Shown piece by piece: positions 10,677 through 20,601 of a stretch of DNA of 64,000 nt. The DNA is from an uncultured Ohtaekwangia sp. (GTDB lineage Bacteria > Bacteroidota > Bacteroidia > Cytophagales > Cyclobacteriaceae), in assembly GCA_964349405.1 (NCBI GenBank), contig CAYGGY010000003.1:63908-127907 (forward strand). The letters are read 5' to 3'. Position numbers and translations under genes: made by a program. How positions within the stretch are numbered: the first letter of the stretch is position 1; every line of letters begins with the position of its first letter. Below the pieces are notes generated by a model. That model was not told the origin of the DNA. It saw nothing but the letters and a program-made list of their open reading frames with translations, and did not search any database.

Positions 10677-10899
10677 GGGTTACTGTTTTTTGTCTATGAC
10701 CACATGGAATTCGCCTGATTAGATGATCGTCCTGTTGGGGTATTGTAAATCATGGCTCATTACATGTTGAAATAATTACCGGTTTATGGCTATGTCTAAT
10801 CACCTCATACCAAATTCCTGACAGGGGCAATGGGTATTTCATAGCAATCATGTGTGACGTCTTTATAATTCAGTCTTTTCGAAATGGTCACAAAGACTT

Positions 10900-12339
10900 T
10901 TATGAGCTAATGATTAATTTTTGACCTGGTTTTAGTCCGTTGTCCTTTAAGTTGTTCAGACTTTTAATTTTCTCTACGGTAAGACCCGGAATTCTTCTGG
11001 AGATATTCCAAAGTGTGTCTCCCGGTTGAACAATATAGGTTTTCGTATCAGGCGATAAAATTAACGATTGCGTAGCGTTTTGAGCTCTTACAGAAGCAAC
11101 GGCTCCGGAAGGGATTACCCAAATAGCAAGACGCTGACCAGCGTGAATTCTGTCGCTATGAAGGTTATTCCATTTTTTAATATCGATTACTCTCACGTGG
11201 TGTCGCATGGCGATAGATCCCAATACGTCCCCTGATCTTACTTTGTAGGATACTATTTCACGGCCTTCGGTGCTGCCTCCAGTGAATTTTTTTGCCAATG
11301 CTTCTATCTCTTTTTTACCAACACGCGAAACAGAATCCAGAATGGCAACCCTATTTAGATCAAGCGTTGTTTTCGCGTGGACAGGTATTTTCATGATATG
11401 CACTTTGCCGTTATCGGGTAGGGCATTGCGTTGCACGGATGGATTTAATTTTTGTAAATCTTCAAGACAGGTGCCGGTAAGGGATGCCAATGCTTCAAAG
11501 TGAACAAATTGTTTTACGGCAAGTGTATCAAATAGGGGTAATTCCTCTCGCGCAGTTTCTACTAAGTTATGTTGTTCAGTATAATTCATCGCATAAATGA
11601 TCGCGATAAACTGCGGCACATAGGCGCGTGTCTCTCGAGGCAAATGAGGATAGATTTCCCAAAAAGATTTTTTATATCCAGATCTGCGAATGGCCTTGCG
11701 CACAGTGCCGGGGCCAGAATTGTAAGCAGCCAGAGCTAATTCCCAATCGCCAAAAATCGAATGTAGTTGTGATAAATACCGACATGCTGCATCGGTAGAT
11801 TTTTCAGGATCCATCCGTTCATCAACATACCAGTCAGCATGTAACCCCATGTATCTTCCTGTTCCAGACATGAACTGCCATAAACCTACAGCTCTCGCCT
11901 TTGAAACGGCTCGGGGATTTAGTGCAGATTCAATGATGGATAAATATTTTAATTCATCGGGTAACTTGTATAGCGCGAGACTTTTTTCAAACAGAGGAAA
12001 GAACATGTCTTTTTTACGCTGCATGGTGCGTGTGTATTCACGGTTTCGAATGGTAAAGTAATTGATGAATCCATGCACCGTTTTATTATAAGTGAGCGGG
12101 ATGACGCGTTGTATACAACTCAGTCGATCTGCGAGTAATTCGGGTGTTTCATCTGCCGGAATATATTCTAAGTCACTGGGGAGTATATTCAGCGAAATGG
12201 GTAAACTATCCAACGGAATTAAATCACCAGTGGGTGCAGGCAGCTCCAGGGAGTCCGTTTCAGTCTCCTCTTCTTCTTGTGCCAATAACACAGTATGAGA
12301 AAAGATAAAAAATATAACCAGAACAAAATACCTCATCAT
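10900..12339 (-). CDS. mltD: Lytic transglycosylase (MltD-like) with two LysM domains
   Basis: SLT motifs IIESALNPRAVS, AVGLWQFM, ALAAYNSG, ETRAYVP; LysM repeats YKVRSGDVLGSIA and YIVQPGDTLWNIS. Confidence 0.9.
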   Translation of the reverse strand: MMRYFVLVIFFIFSHTVLLAQEEEETETDSLELPAPTGDLIPLDSLPISLNILPSDLEYIPADETPELLADRLSCIQRVIPLTYNKTVHGFINYFTIRNREYTRTMQRKKDMFFPLFEKSLALYKLPDELKYLSIIESALNPRAVSKARAVGLWQFMSGTGRYMGLHADWYVDERMDPEKSTDAACRYLSQLHSIFGDWELALAAYNSGPGTVRKAIRRSGYKKSFWEIYPHLPRETRAYVPQFIAIIYAMNYTEQHNLVETAREELPLFDTLAVKQFVHFEALASLTGTCLEDLQKLNPSVQRNALPDNGKVHIMKIPVHAKTTLDLNRVAILDSVSRVGKKEIEALAKKFTGGSTEGREIVSYKVRSGDVLGSIAMRHHVRVIDIKKWNNLHSDRIHAGQRLAIWVIPSGAVASVRAQNATQSLILSPDTKTYIVQPGDTLWNISRRIPGLTVEKIKSLNNLKDNGLKPGQKLIISS

Positions 12340-12383
12340 ATCACCTTCTTAATGTTCAATTTATTCTGCTGTACCGCTGAAAT

Positions 12384-13814
12384 TCAGTTCAAGTTCCGAA
12401 TTATTTCCGAAAACTGAAACAGTTTAGATTCTTCAAAGTCATCTGCCATGATTTGAATCCCGATTGGAAGACCATTACCATCCTTTCCGCAAGGGATAGA
12501 AATACCAGGAACACCGGCCACATTTGCCTGAACGGAATATAAGTCAGCTAAGTACATTTCGATTGGATTATTTGTATGCTCTCCCAATCTAAATGCTGTG
12601 GTGGGTGTGGTGGGAAGGATTATAAAGTCATGATTCGCAAAAATGGCTTTAATGTGATCACGTATTAATTTTCTTACTTTCTGCGCTTTGGTGTAGTACG
12701 CATCGTAATAGCTTGCACTCAGCACAAAAGTTCCCAGCATAATTCTTCGCTGCACTTCTTTACCAAATCCTTCTGAGCGTGTTTTTTTATACAAGGCATT
12801 CAAATCATGCGATGCAGAAGAACGATAACCATAACGAACGCCATCAAAGCGTGATAGGTTAGAGCTAGCTTCGGCCGTTGCCAATATATAATACGTAGGC
12901 AACACGTATTCATTCAGAGGGAAGTCAATGGCTTCCACCGAATGACCTGCCGATTTAAGTTGATCAATTTTTTTTAAAATGTTTTCCTTTATTTCCGGCT
13001 GTAGTGCTTCCGACTCAAGGGTGTCACGCATGTAGGCAATGCGATATTTTTTTTCCGTTGAAGTGGTTAACTCAGCACTGTACGATGGAACAGGTTGTGT
13101 TGATACTGTACTGTCATAATCATCTTTGCCAGCGATCGTTTCCAGTACGATAGCCGCATCATAGATGTTTTTAGAGAAAATGCCAATGCAATCAAAAGAT
13201 GATCCATACGCAATTAATCCATGACGGGAGATGCGTGAGTAGGTTGGCTTTAAACCAATCACACCACAAAAAGCAGCTGGTTGACGAACGGAGCCACCTG
13301 TATCCGACCCGATTGAAATGTCACACATATCGGCCATCACAGCTACTGCCGAACCACCGGATGATCCACCGGCTACTCGTGTGTTATCGATATCATTAAG
13401 AACAGGGCCAAAAGCAGAGTTTTCATTGGAGGAGCCCATGGCAAACTCATCACAGTTTTGGCGACCAATTATAATGGCGTCTTCGTCTAGCAGTCGTTGC
13501 ACAGCAGTAGCCGTAAATTGACAAACAAAACCGTTTAAAATTTTACTGCTGGCTTGAACGGGATGGTCTTTATAGGAAAGAACATCCTTGAGCCCAATGA
13601 CTAAACCGGCAAGTTTGCCCGCAGTTCCAATTTTGATTTTGGAGTCAATCAGAATCGCCCGTTCTCTAGCTTCTTGTCCATACACACTTAAAAAAACATT
13701 GAGATGTTTTTTTGCTTCGATGTTGGCCAAAAAGTAATTTACCCTGTCGGTGCAGGAGATCGATCCGTTAGAGAGGCTTTGATGTAGATCTTTTAAATTA
13801 GCGTACGTATTCAA
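12384..13814 (-). CDS. gatA: Asp/Glu-tRNA amidotransferase subunit A
   Basis: Amidase signature GGSSGGSA, GSDTGGSVRQPA, SSNLSRFDGVRYG, EVQRRIMLGTFVLS. Confidence 0.96.
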   Translation of the reverse strand: MNTYANLKDLHQSLSNGSISCTDRVNYFLANIEAKKHLNVFLSVYGQEARERAILIDSKIKIGTAGKLAGLVIGLKDVLSYKDHPVQASSKILNGFVCQFTATAVQRLLDEDAIIIGRQNCDEFAMGSSNENSAFGPVLNDIDNTRVAGGSSGGSAVAVMADMCDISIGSDTGGSVRQPAAFCGVIGLKPTYSRISRHGLIAYGSSFDCIGIFSKNIYDAAIVLETIAGKDDYDSTVSTQPVPSYSAELTTSTEKKYRIAYMRDTLESEALQPEIKENILKKIDQLKSAGHSVEAIDFPLNEYVLPTYYILATAEASSNLSRFDGVRYGYRSSASHDLNALYKKTRSEGFGKEVQRRIMLGTFVLSASYYDAYYTKAQKVRKLIRDHIKAIFANHDFIILPTTPTTAFRLGEHTNNPIEMYLADLYSVQANVAGVPGISIPCGKDGNGLPIGIQIMADDFEESKLFQFSEIIRNLN

Positions 13815-13817
13815 CGC

Positions 13818-14027
13818 TTAATTTTCGTCAATCTTCGGAACTTCTTTGCCGGCATCATCCACTTCTTTCTTCACATCCTTAACGGCATCTTTAAATTCTT
13901 TAATGCCTTTTCCAAGGCCTTTGGCAAATTCAGGAATTTTCTTTGCTCCAAAGAAGACCAAAACGAATAAACCGATGACCACCCACTCGCCCATACCGGG
14001 CATCCCTATCAAAAGAATTGTATTCAT
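13818..14027 (-). CDS. tatA: Twin-arginine translocase TatA/TatE subunit
   Basis: Single TM helix followed by [21 protein letters not shown]. Confidence 0.93.
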   Translation of the reverse strand: MNTILLIGMPGMGEWVVIGLFVLVFFGAKKIPEFAKGLGKGIKEFKDAVKDVKKEVDDAGKEVPKIDEN

Positions 14028-14135
14028 AGCAATTAATTAAGAGTGTAAAGATAACGAAATATGATAAACGAAGTAATTAGTCTGATTTTGTCTGATTAAA
14101 ATTGAACCGATTTAACTCATTATTTTACCGTTTAA

Positions 14136-15344
14136 CTAATTTTTAAGCCAATCTTGTGGATTCAGGGCATCAAAATTTTTCCGGATCTGAAAGCGAAGCT
14201 CGGAAATACCTTCTCCATTTGACAAGACTTTACCAATTCCTTGATTGGTTGTTACCCGCTGACCTTGTTTTACGGTAATATCCTTTAAGCCGGTATAAAC
14301 AGTAAAGTAATCTCCATGTTTAATAATAATCGTATTTCCCATGCCGGGAGTAAACGCGATGCGGCTAACCTCCCCATTAAAAATTGTGTGTACTTCTTCC
14401 CCTTGCGTGGTTTGAATATTTACACCATCATTCTGGATTTCAATTCCTTTCAATACAGGATGTTGTTGCCTTCCAAACCGTTGTGAAACAAAACCGGTAA
14501 CAGGCCATGGGAATTTATTTTTATTTTCTTCAAATGAATTCGAAAGCGCCATGGTTGCCTCAGAGACTTCTTTATTCTTTTTGCCGTCCCTTTCACGCGC
14601 TTCACGTTCGGCACGTTCCAATTCTTCTTTGATGATTTTAGCAATTAAATTATCCAGTTCAGCTACTGCTTTTTTGGTGGCTTCCAAATCTTTCCGCAGT
14701 TGTTTCTCTTGTTTTTCAAGTGAACGTACCACTGATTTCTGCTTTACCTTCAAACTGGTAAGTTCATTGTTCTGATTTACTTCATCGGCCAGTAAGTTGT
14801 TTTTTTCTCCTCTTTTTATTTCGGTGATATGCACTTGTTGGCGTAAAATCTGTTGCACTTTTTCTATTGCTTCTGCCTGGCTTTGTCTTGCCTTACCATA
14901 TTGCTCCATATACTTTAATCGCATGAGCAATTGGTCGAATGATTTTGATGAAAACAGAAACGTAAGCTTGTCCACTTTGCCACTTGCTTTTTGCGCAGCA
15001 AAAATCATGGCCGCATATTCTTCCTTCAGTTTATCCACATCTCTTTCAAGGGATTGGATTATTTGATTATTCTCACTGATATCATTATCCAGAAATGAAA
15101 TTTCATTTCTGATTGACATAATTAATGATTCCTGTTGTGAAATACGCTGATTAAGCGCAACTAATTCGCCTATGGTATTCTTTTTTTCGGCCCCTGTCTC
15201 TGCCAGAATTTTTTCCGTCTCTTTTATTTTGGCGAGGTTCTGTTGCTTTTCTCGCTGCAACTGGGATTTCGTCTTTTGCCCATAGGCGGCATAGCAAAAC
15301 AGTGAGAGAAGTAGAGACAGATAAAGATATCTACCTGCGGTCAT
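14136..15344 (-). CDS. EnvC-like murein hydrolase activator (coiled coil plus M23 peptidase-like domain)
   Basis: Signal peptide, long coiled coil, C-terminal WPVTG...IIIKHGDYFTVY...ELRFQIR. The HxH zinc motif appears degenerate (LRF), as in EnvC. Confidence 0.85.
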   Translation of the reverse strand: MTAGRYLYLSLLLSLFCYAAYGQKTKSQLQREKQQNLAKIKETEKILAETGAEKKNTIGELVALNQRISQQESLIMSIRNEISFLDNDISENNQIIQSLERDVDKLKEEYAAMIFAAQKASGKVDKLTFLFSSKSFDQLLMRLKYMEQYGKARQSQAEAIEKVQQILRQQVHITEIKRGEKNNLLADEVNQNNELTSLKVKQKSVVRSLEKQEKQLRKDLEATKKAVAELDNLIAKIIKEELERAEREARERDGKKNKEVSEATMALSNSFEENKNKFPWPVTGFVSQRFGRQQHPVLKGIEIQNDGVNIQTTQGEEVHTIFNGEVSRIAFTPGMGNTIIIKHGDYFTVYTGLKDITVKQGQRVTTNQGIGKVLSNGEGISELRFQIRKNFDALNPQDWLKN

Positions 15345-16083
15345 ATCGCTTGGGAATATTGAAAGGGAATTTCAATTCCCGATCACCAACTTCGGCTTTG
15401 TTGTATTCGATGGTAATGGTATTGTTGATGATGCCCGCAGCGGTCTTGTAAAACACATTAACAACACCATTATAAGGAAAGTATTTATCGCCTAGCGGTT
15501 GAAAATTAGAGTATTCTACTTTGAGGATATTGTTGGTGGTTGCTTCAACCAATTCCACATATTCAATTTTTTTGATAATGGGATTGACCATATTTTTGAT
15601 GGTAACGGAACCATCTTTTTGAATTAGCTTATCGTGATCTCCCTCGTGGCCGATTTCGTTTTCAGAATTATTGCTTTTGATTGGGTTTCCCAGCATGGCG
15701 GCTTCAATGACGGAATAATCAATTTTAAAATTGAATCGCTTCGAGAGCTCTTCGTAATCGAAAACATAATATTCCTTATCTACATTGCTGACGATGGTTA
15801 TCGAGTCTTTATTAATTAGCGCTTTTCCACCTTGCACACCAATTACGGTAAAGTTCATCCATATTACGCTGTCCTTCCTGACGCGAATGGTAGCCTTCAC
15901 TTCTCTTTCTTTTTTCTCATCTTTAAATACAAGTCGTGCTTTACCATGTAGATAGCCAAAATCGATTTGTTCGATATCGATGGTTTTTGGTGGGGGAGGA
16001 AGAGTAGGAATAGTCTTTTTGCTGCAAGCTTGAAAAGCCAGCAGCGCAACGATTACGATAATAAAAGAGAGTTTTTTATGCAT
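15331..16083 (-). CDS. DUF4292-family lipoprotein
   Basis: Lipobox AFQAC, IRVRKDSVIW, C-terminal FPFNIPKRY; position between TPR and M23 genes typical for this family. ATG at 16083 is preferred. Confidence 0.75.
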   Translation of the reverse strand: MHKKLSFIIVIVALLAFQACSKKTIPTLPPPPKTIDIEQIDFGYLHGKARLVFKDEKKEREVKATIRVRKDSVIWMNFTVIGVQGGKALINKDSITIVSNVDKEYYVFDYEELSKRFNFKIDYSVIEAAMLGNPIKSNNSENEIGHEGDHDKLIQKDGSVTIKNMVNPIIKKIEYVELVEATTNNILKVEYSNFQPLGDKYFPYNGVVNVFYKTAAGIINNTITIEYNKAEVGDRELKFPFNIPKRYDRR

Positions 16084-16127
16084 GTGCAATACCAAAGATG
16101 AAAAGAATTAAGGGTTTGTGAATGTCA

Positions 16128-17885
16128 TCAATTCAATTTCTTGTTTAAAATTTTCTTATCAAGGGCAATATCATCACCTCCCGTTTGCTTGGCCTTTTGC
16201 CACTGTTTAATTGCCTGATCCACTTCACCCAACCGGAAAAGAATATCTCCATAGTGGTCTAAATGTGTTGCCGATACCGATCCGATTTGAATAGCTTTTT
16301 CCATCACTTTTCGGGCCTCTTTATATTTTCCCTGTGCATATAAAACCCAGGCACGCGTATCAAGGTAAGATGAATTTTCAGGAAAAAGCTTGATCAGTTG
16401 GGCCGACAGCTTATCGGCCTTGTCTAGATTTTCCTTACGCAAGGCAAGGTAGTAGCTGTAATTATTAAGCACAATATCATTGTTGGGATTATAGGCCAGG
16501 GCCTCTTCATAGGCAGCATCTGATTTGGCGAACTCTTTTGATCCGTGGTATGCATCTCCCAGCATTGAATTTAACTCACTAACAAAAGTGGGGTTGCTTG
16601 CCGAGAGTTTTTTTGCTTGTTCGAGTGCGTAAATTCCTTCTTTGTATTTCTTCTTGCGAAGGTAACCATAGCCATTAAAATAATAAGCCATAGCCTGATT
16701 AGGGAATATTTCAAGTGCTTCTTCTGAGTGTTTGATCAAACTATCTACCTGGTTGGCTTCACTTTCAAGGAACATTAGATTTTGCCATGCATCGAAACTG
16801 CCTGAGCCTCCTTTTATTGCTTTTAAATATTGCAATAGAGCCTCTCTATCATTTTCGAGGGTCATATATAAATCACCTCCCACTAAGTGTACATTTGGAT
16901 CTGCCGGGTAATTGTCCTCCAGTTTTTTGAAGAGGTCAATAGCAAATGATTCTAATTCTTTGTCTGTAATGTTTTTGACTTTATTGGCAGAAAGTGAGTT
17001 GGTATACACGCCCATCATCAACACTTTGCTACTGACATCTACAGCGAGATCATCGATGATTTGTCGCACATATTCCCTGGATTTCTTTTCTTGTCCGCTG
17101 TCACGATATAATCCGGCCAGCATCATTTTGGAACTTCCGGCATCCGGATGATCCTTGATGTAATTCTCGATATATCCAATGGCTTTTTGACCTTGCCCGT
17201 ACCGCGAAAGCGTCTCCGCAAACCCAAGAAGATAGCGTTCTTCATCGGGAAAAGCCTGCATAAGTTTTTCGCCTTCGGCAATGGCTTTATCGATGTTATC
17301 ACGCTCCAGATAAATACGTTGCTTCTGTAGGGACGACACTTCATTAATCCCCAAAACACTTTCTGCCCGCTCATAAACTTTCAAGGCTTCGTCTTCTTTT
17401 TTATCATAGAGATAAAGTGCAGCGAGTTCATATAAGTAATCGTCTGTTCCTTTGACCTCCTTAAGCATTGTTTCGAGTGTACTGGTTGCTTTGCTAAACT
17501 CACCAAGGCCAGCAAAAATATTGGAAGCCAATAAATAGAAATATTTATTCTTCTTTTCGTTTTTAAGTGCAATCTCAATGCTTTGAGATGCTTTTATCAG
17601 GTCCTCTTCTTTTGTACTCTTGGCAAGGATTTCTGCAATTTTATAATGAACAGTGGCGTTTGTCGGATTTAACTCGGCCACACGCTGAAAGTAGACCAAT
17701 GATTTGGCGTAGTCTTCCAGAATAAAATACTTTTCTGCTTCTGTAAAGAAAAACTCAGCTTCGCGCAACCGGGCCTCGGCAGAATGCTGTTCAGGTTGAT
17801 TCCTTTTTTTCTGTGCAAACACCGATGGGTTTGTCAGCAGCGTGAAAAAGGCAATAAAAAATATGTATAAGGTTCTTTTTATCAA
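16128..17885 (-). CDS. Tetratricopeptide-repeat protein
   Basis: Signal peptide and multiple TPR-like helix pairs; C-terminal LNNYSYYLA, YLDTRAWVLY, HYGDILF. Confidence 0.85.
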   Translation of the reverse strand: MIKRTLYIFFIAFFTLLTNPSVFAQKKRNQPEQHSAEARLREAEFFFTEAEKYFILEDYAKSLVYFQRVAELNPTNATVHYKIAEILAKSTKEEDLIKASQSIEIALKNEKKNKYFYLLASNIFAGLGEFSKATSTLETMLKEVKGTDDYLYELAALYLYDKKEDEALKVYERAESVLGINEVSSLQKQRIYLERDNIDKAIAEGEKLMQAFPDEERYLLGFAETLSRYGQGQKAIGYIENYIKDHPDAGSSKMMLAGLYRDSGQEKKSREYVRQIIDDLAVDVSSKVLMMGVYTNSLSANKVKNITDKELESFAIDLFKKLEDNYPADPNVHLVGGDLYMTLENDREALLQYLKAIKGGSGSFDAWQNLMFLESEANQVDSLIKHSEEALEIFPNQAMAYYFNGYGYLRKKKYKEGIYALEQAKKLSASNPTFVSELNSMLGDAYHGSKEFAKSDAAYEEALAYNPNNDIVLNNYSYYLALRKENLDKADKLSAQLIKLFPENSSYLDTRAWVLYAQGKYKEARKVMEKAIQIGSVSATHLDHYGDILFRLGEVDQAIKQWQKAKQTGGDDIALDKKILNKKLN

Positions 17886-17895
17886 CGGTTAAGGA

Positions 17896-18897
17896 TCAAA
17901 TCGTACTGAAATCCCCAAGATCTAATTCTGAGGAATTCCCCTCAAAATTAACGAAATTTCCTAACAGGCTATTGTCTAAAATTCCCTTCCTGACCTGGCT
18001 GTGCTTTTGTATGATCGAGTTCGTTACCCTCGAATCAACAACGGTGGTTCCTTCACTAATAGACACGTAAGGGCCAACGATTGAATTTTCAATGGATACA
18101 TTATCGCCTATAAACACAGGTGGGATAAGGATACTGTTGATAATTCTGGCCTTTTCTGAAATTAACTTTTGGTCTTTTATGATCTCGAGGTAGCGTTGGT
18201 TGGTTTGCACCATATTGTTTTTGTTGCCGCAGTCTAGCCATTCTTCCACTTCGCCAGGCACAAAAATAGCGCCTTTCTGTTTCATGTTTTCCAGCGCAGT
18301 AGTAAACTGAAATTCACCTTTCTCTTTTATATCATGATCGATCAGGTGTTGCATTTCGTCTCTCAACTTTTCTCCGTTTTTGAAGAAATAGATTCCGATG
18401 ATGGCAAGATCAGATACAAAGGTGGATGGCTTTTCAATCAACTCGGTAATTTCACCCTTCTCATTAAGTTTCACTACGCCAAACTGTGATGGGTTGGCAA
18501 CTTTTTGTACCCAGATGGTGCCATCGATGGTAGTATTTAGTTTGAAGTCGGCCTTAAAGAGCGTGTCAGCAAAGGCCACAATTACTTTGCCGCTAAATAA
18601 TTCCTTGGCAAAGAGAAGTGCGTGCGAAATTCCAAGCGCCTGATCCTGATAATAAATTCTCCCTTCAGCACCTACTGCTTTGGCCACCGCTTTCAAATCT
18701 TCTTCTACTTGTTTTCCAAAAGAAGGATGAACGATGAATCCGATATGATTAATTTTTTCGGGACATACATGGGCAATATCTTCAACCAGGCGATGCACAA
18801 TGGGCTTGCCGGCAATGGGCAATAAGGGTTTTGCGGTGGTAAGGGTATGCGGTCGCAGGCGCTTGCCTAAGCCAGCCATGGGGATGATGATGTTCAT
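17896..18897 (-). CDS. Sugar-phosphate nucleotidyltransferase with C-terminal left-handed beta-helix
   Basis: IIPMAGLGKRLRPHT...KPL, FGVV, WLDCG, followed by hexapeptide-like repeats. Confidence 0.88.
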   Translation of the reverse strand: MNIIIPMAGLGKRLRPHTLTTAKPLLPIAGKPIVHRLVEDIAHVCPEKINHIGFIVHPSFGKQVEEDLKAVAKAVGAEGRIYYQDQALGISHALLFAKELFSGKVIVAFADTLFKADFKLNTTIDGTIWVQKVANPSQFGVVKLNEKGEITELIEKPSTFVSDLAIIGIYFFKNGEKLRDEMQHLIDHDIKEKGEFQFTTALENMKQKGAIFVPGEVEEWLDCGNKNNMVQTNQRYLEIIKDQKLISEKARIINSILIPPVFIGDNVSIENSIVGPYVSISEGTTVVDSRVTNSIIQKHSQVRKGILDNSLLGNFVNFEGNSSELDLGDFSTI

Positions 18898-18937
18898 ACT
18901 AACAGTATTTATGTTGGAAGTAAAGCTACTAAATTCT

Positions 18938-20380
18938 TCATGCGACTGACCGCATAAGGTTCTTTCTTTCGATCAGGAAAATAGTGCCACAAAAAAGGAC
19001 TACCACAATCAAATGAAATCCGACATTCGCCCACTGATTGGTAAAACTCATGCTGTTGACTGCAAGAATAATGCAATAGGTAATGATAATGTAACTCAAA
19101 TCTTTCGCTATAGAATAAGGTATTGGATAGTAGCGTTGACCGATCACATAACAGGCAACAGCCATTGTGAAATAACATAATAAAGCGGCTATGCTGCTAC
19201 CCATATATCCGGCCACGGGAATAAGAAAATAATTGCCGGCCACGGTAATGAAAGCACCCAGCAATGTAATCAAGGTGCCATAATAAGTTTTGTCAGTTAG
19301 TTTGAACCAAACACTGATGTTGTAATAAACACCCAGAAAAAGATAGGCTAATAACAAAACGGGCACGATGTTGATGCCAGCCCAGAAATTATCCCCAACC
19401 ATGAATTTAAAAATATCCATGTTGATGCTGATGCCTAGTAACACCACACAGCACACAATCACAAAGTAGTGATTGACCTTCGCGAAAAGGGCCGGAGAGT
19501 TTTTATCGGAGGCATTAGAAAAAAAGAAAGGCTCCGCGGCATAGCGAAATGCCTGAATGCCCAGGTTCATAAACACGGCAAATTTGTAGCAGGCCCCAAA
19601 GATTCCCCCGGCTTCTTCGCGTGTTATGCCTGCGTAGAAATTCTCAGGAAGCCACCAGTCCAGCATACTTCTGGAGAACATCTCATTGATCATGCCGGCC
19701 ACTCCGGTAATCATGACGGGATAGGCATATTGCAGCATTTGTGGCGAGATGGCTTTATCCCACGCTGGCCGCCATGCAATAATGGTTTTGAGGAAGAAGA
19801 GGATGAAGAAGGCGTTGGCGATAAGATTGGCTAAGAAAACGTAACCGATACCTATAGACGGATCATAATTGAGTTTTAGGAAATAGTAGTTCAAACCAAT
19901 GAGTACACCAACGTTAAAGATTTTGGCTGTGGCAAAAACCAATGCCTTTTTCTCTAGACGCAGGCGGGCAAAAGGAATGGCTACCAGTGCATCCACGAAC
20001 ATGGTAAGGGTAAGCCAGATGATAAACTCCGGGTGTTCCCCGATGTGTAATGCCTGCGCAATGGGCGTGGCGAAGGAGATAAAAATGACAGACAATAATA
20101 CGCTGATAAAAACCACGCTGGTCTGGCTCAGATTAAAAATCCGTTGCTGACTGTCTCCCGGTTTAGTGGCAAACCGGAAAAAGGCGGTCTCCATCCCAAA
20201 CATGTACACAATGTTGATTACGCCCACAAAAGCGTAGAGTTTGGTGATTTGGCCATACTCGGCCTGCCCAAACATATCCTTGGTATGCAGGGGAACGAGC
20301 AGGAAGTTGAGCATACGGGGTAGGATGCTGCCCAGGCCATAAAGGGCGGTTTCACCTGCGAGACGGGATAGTTTATTCAA
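18938..20380 (-). CDS. Polysaccharide/oligosaccharide flippase (MOP superfamily)
   Basis: About 13-14 hydrophobic helices; GMETAFFRF and QAFRYAAEPFFF motifs; TTG start. Confidence 0.8.
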   Translation of the reverse strand: MNKLSRLAGETALYGLGSILPRMLNFLLVPLHTKDMFGQAEYGQITKLYAFVGVINIVYMFGMETAFFRFATKPGDSQQRIFNLSQTSVVFISVLLSVIFISFATPIAQALHIGEHPEFIIWLTLTMFVDALVAIPFARLRLEKKALVFATAKIFNVGVLIGLNYYFLKLNYDPSIGIGYVFLANLIANAFFILFFLKTIIAWRPAWDKAISPQMLQYAYPVMITGVAGMINEMFSRSMLDWWLPENFYAGITREEAGGIFGACYKFAVFMNLGIQAFRYAAEPFFFSNASDKNSPALFAKVNHYFVIVCCVVLLGISINMDIFKFMVGDNFWAGINIVPVLLLAYLFLGVYYNISVWFKLTDKTYYGTLITLLGAFITVAGNYFLIPVAGYMGSSIAALLCYFTMAVACYVIGQRYYPIPYSIAKDLSYIIITYCIILAVNSMSFTNQWANVGFHLIVVVLFCGTIFLIERKNLMRSVA

Positions 20381-20601
20381 TTTTGGCAGGGGTCTGGTTT
20401 ACTTTTTATTGTGAAAGCTGATTTTTTTCACAAAGTAGGATTTGCAATCCAAATAAGGGTTAAAAAAAACATGATTGTTGTATAGCATGGTTTTATTATA
20501 AGAAATAAAGACTATTTTACTTGCCTCTATTTTGTTGATAATTAGTTACTTTTGGATTCTAATAAATTAAACGAAAAGAATCATTTCTTATATTTATATC
20601 T

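Noticed and set aside
12384-14027. gatA without gatB/gatC, next to tatA
   Set aside because: Dispersed gatCAB genes are common in Bacteroidota; nothing unusual in the sequence.
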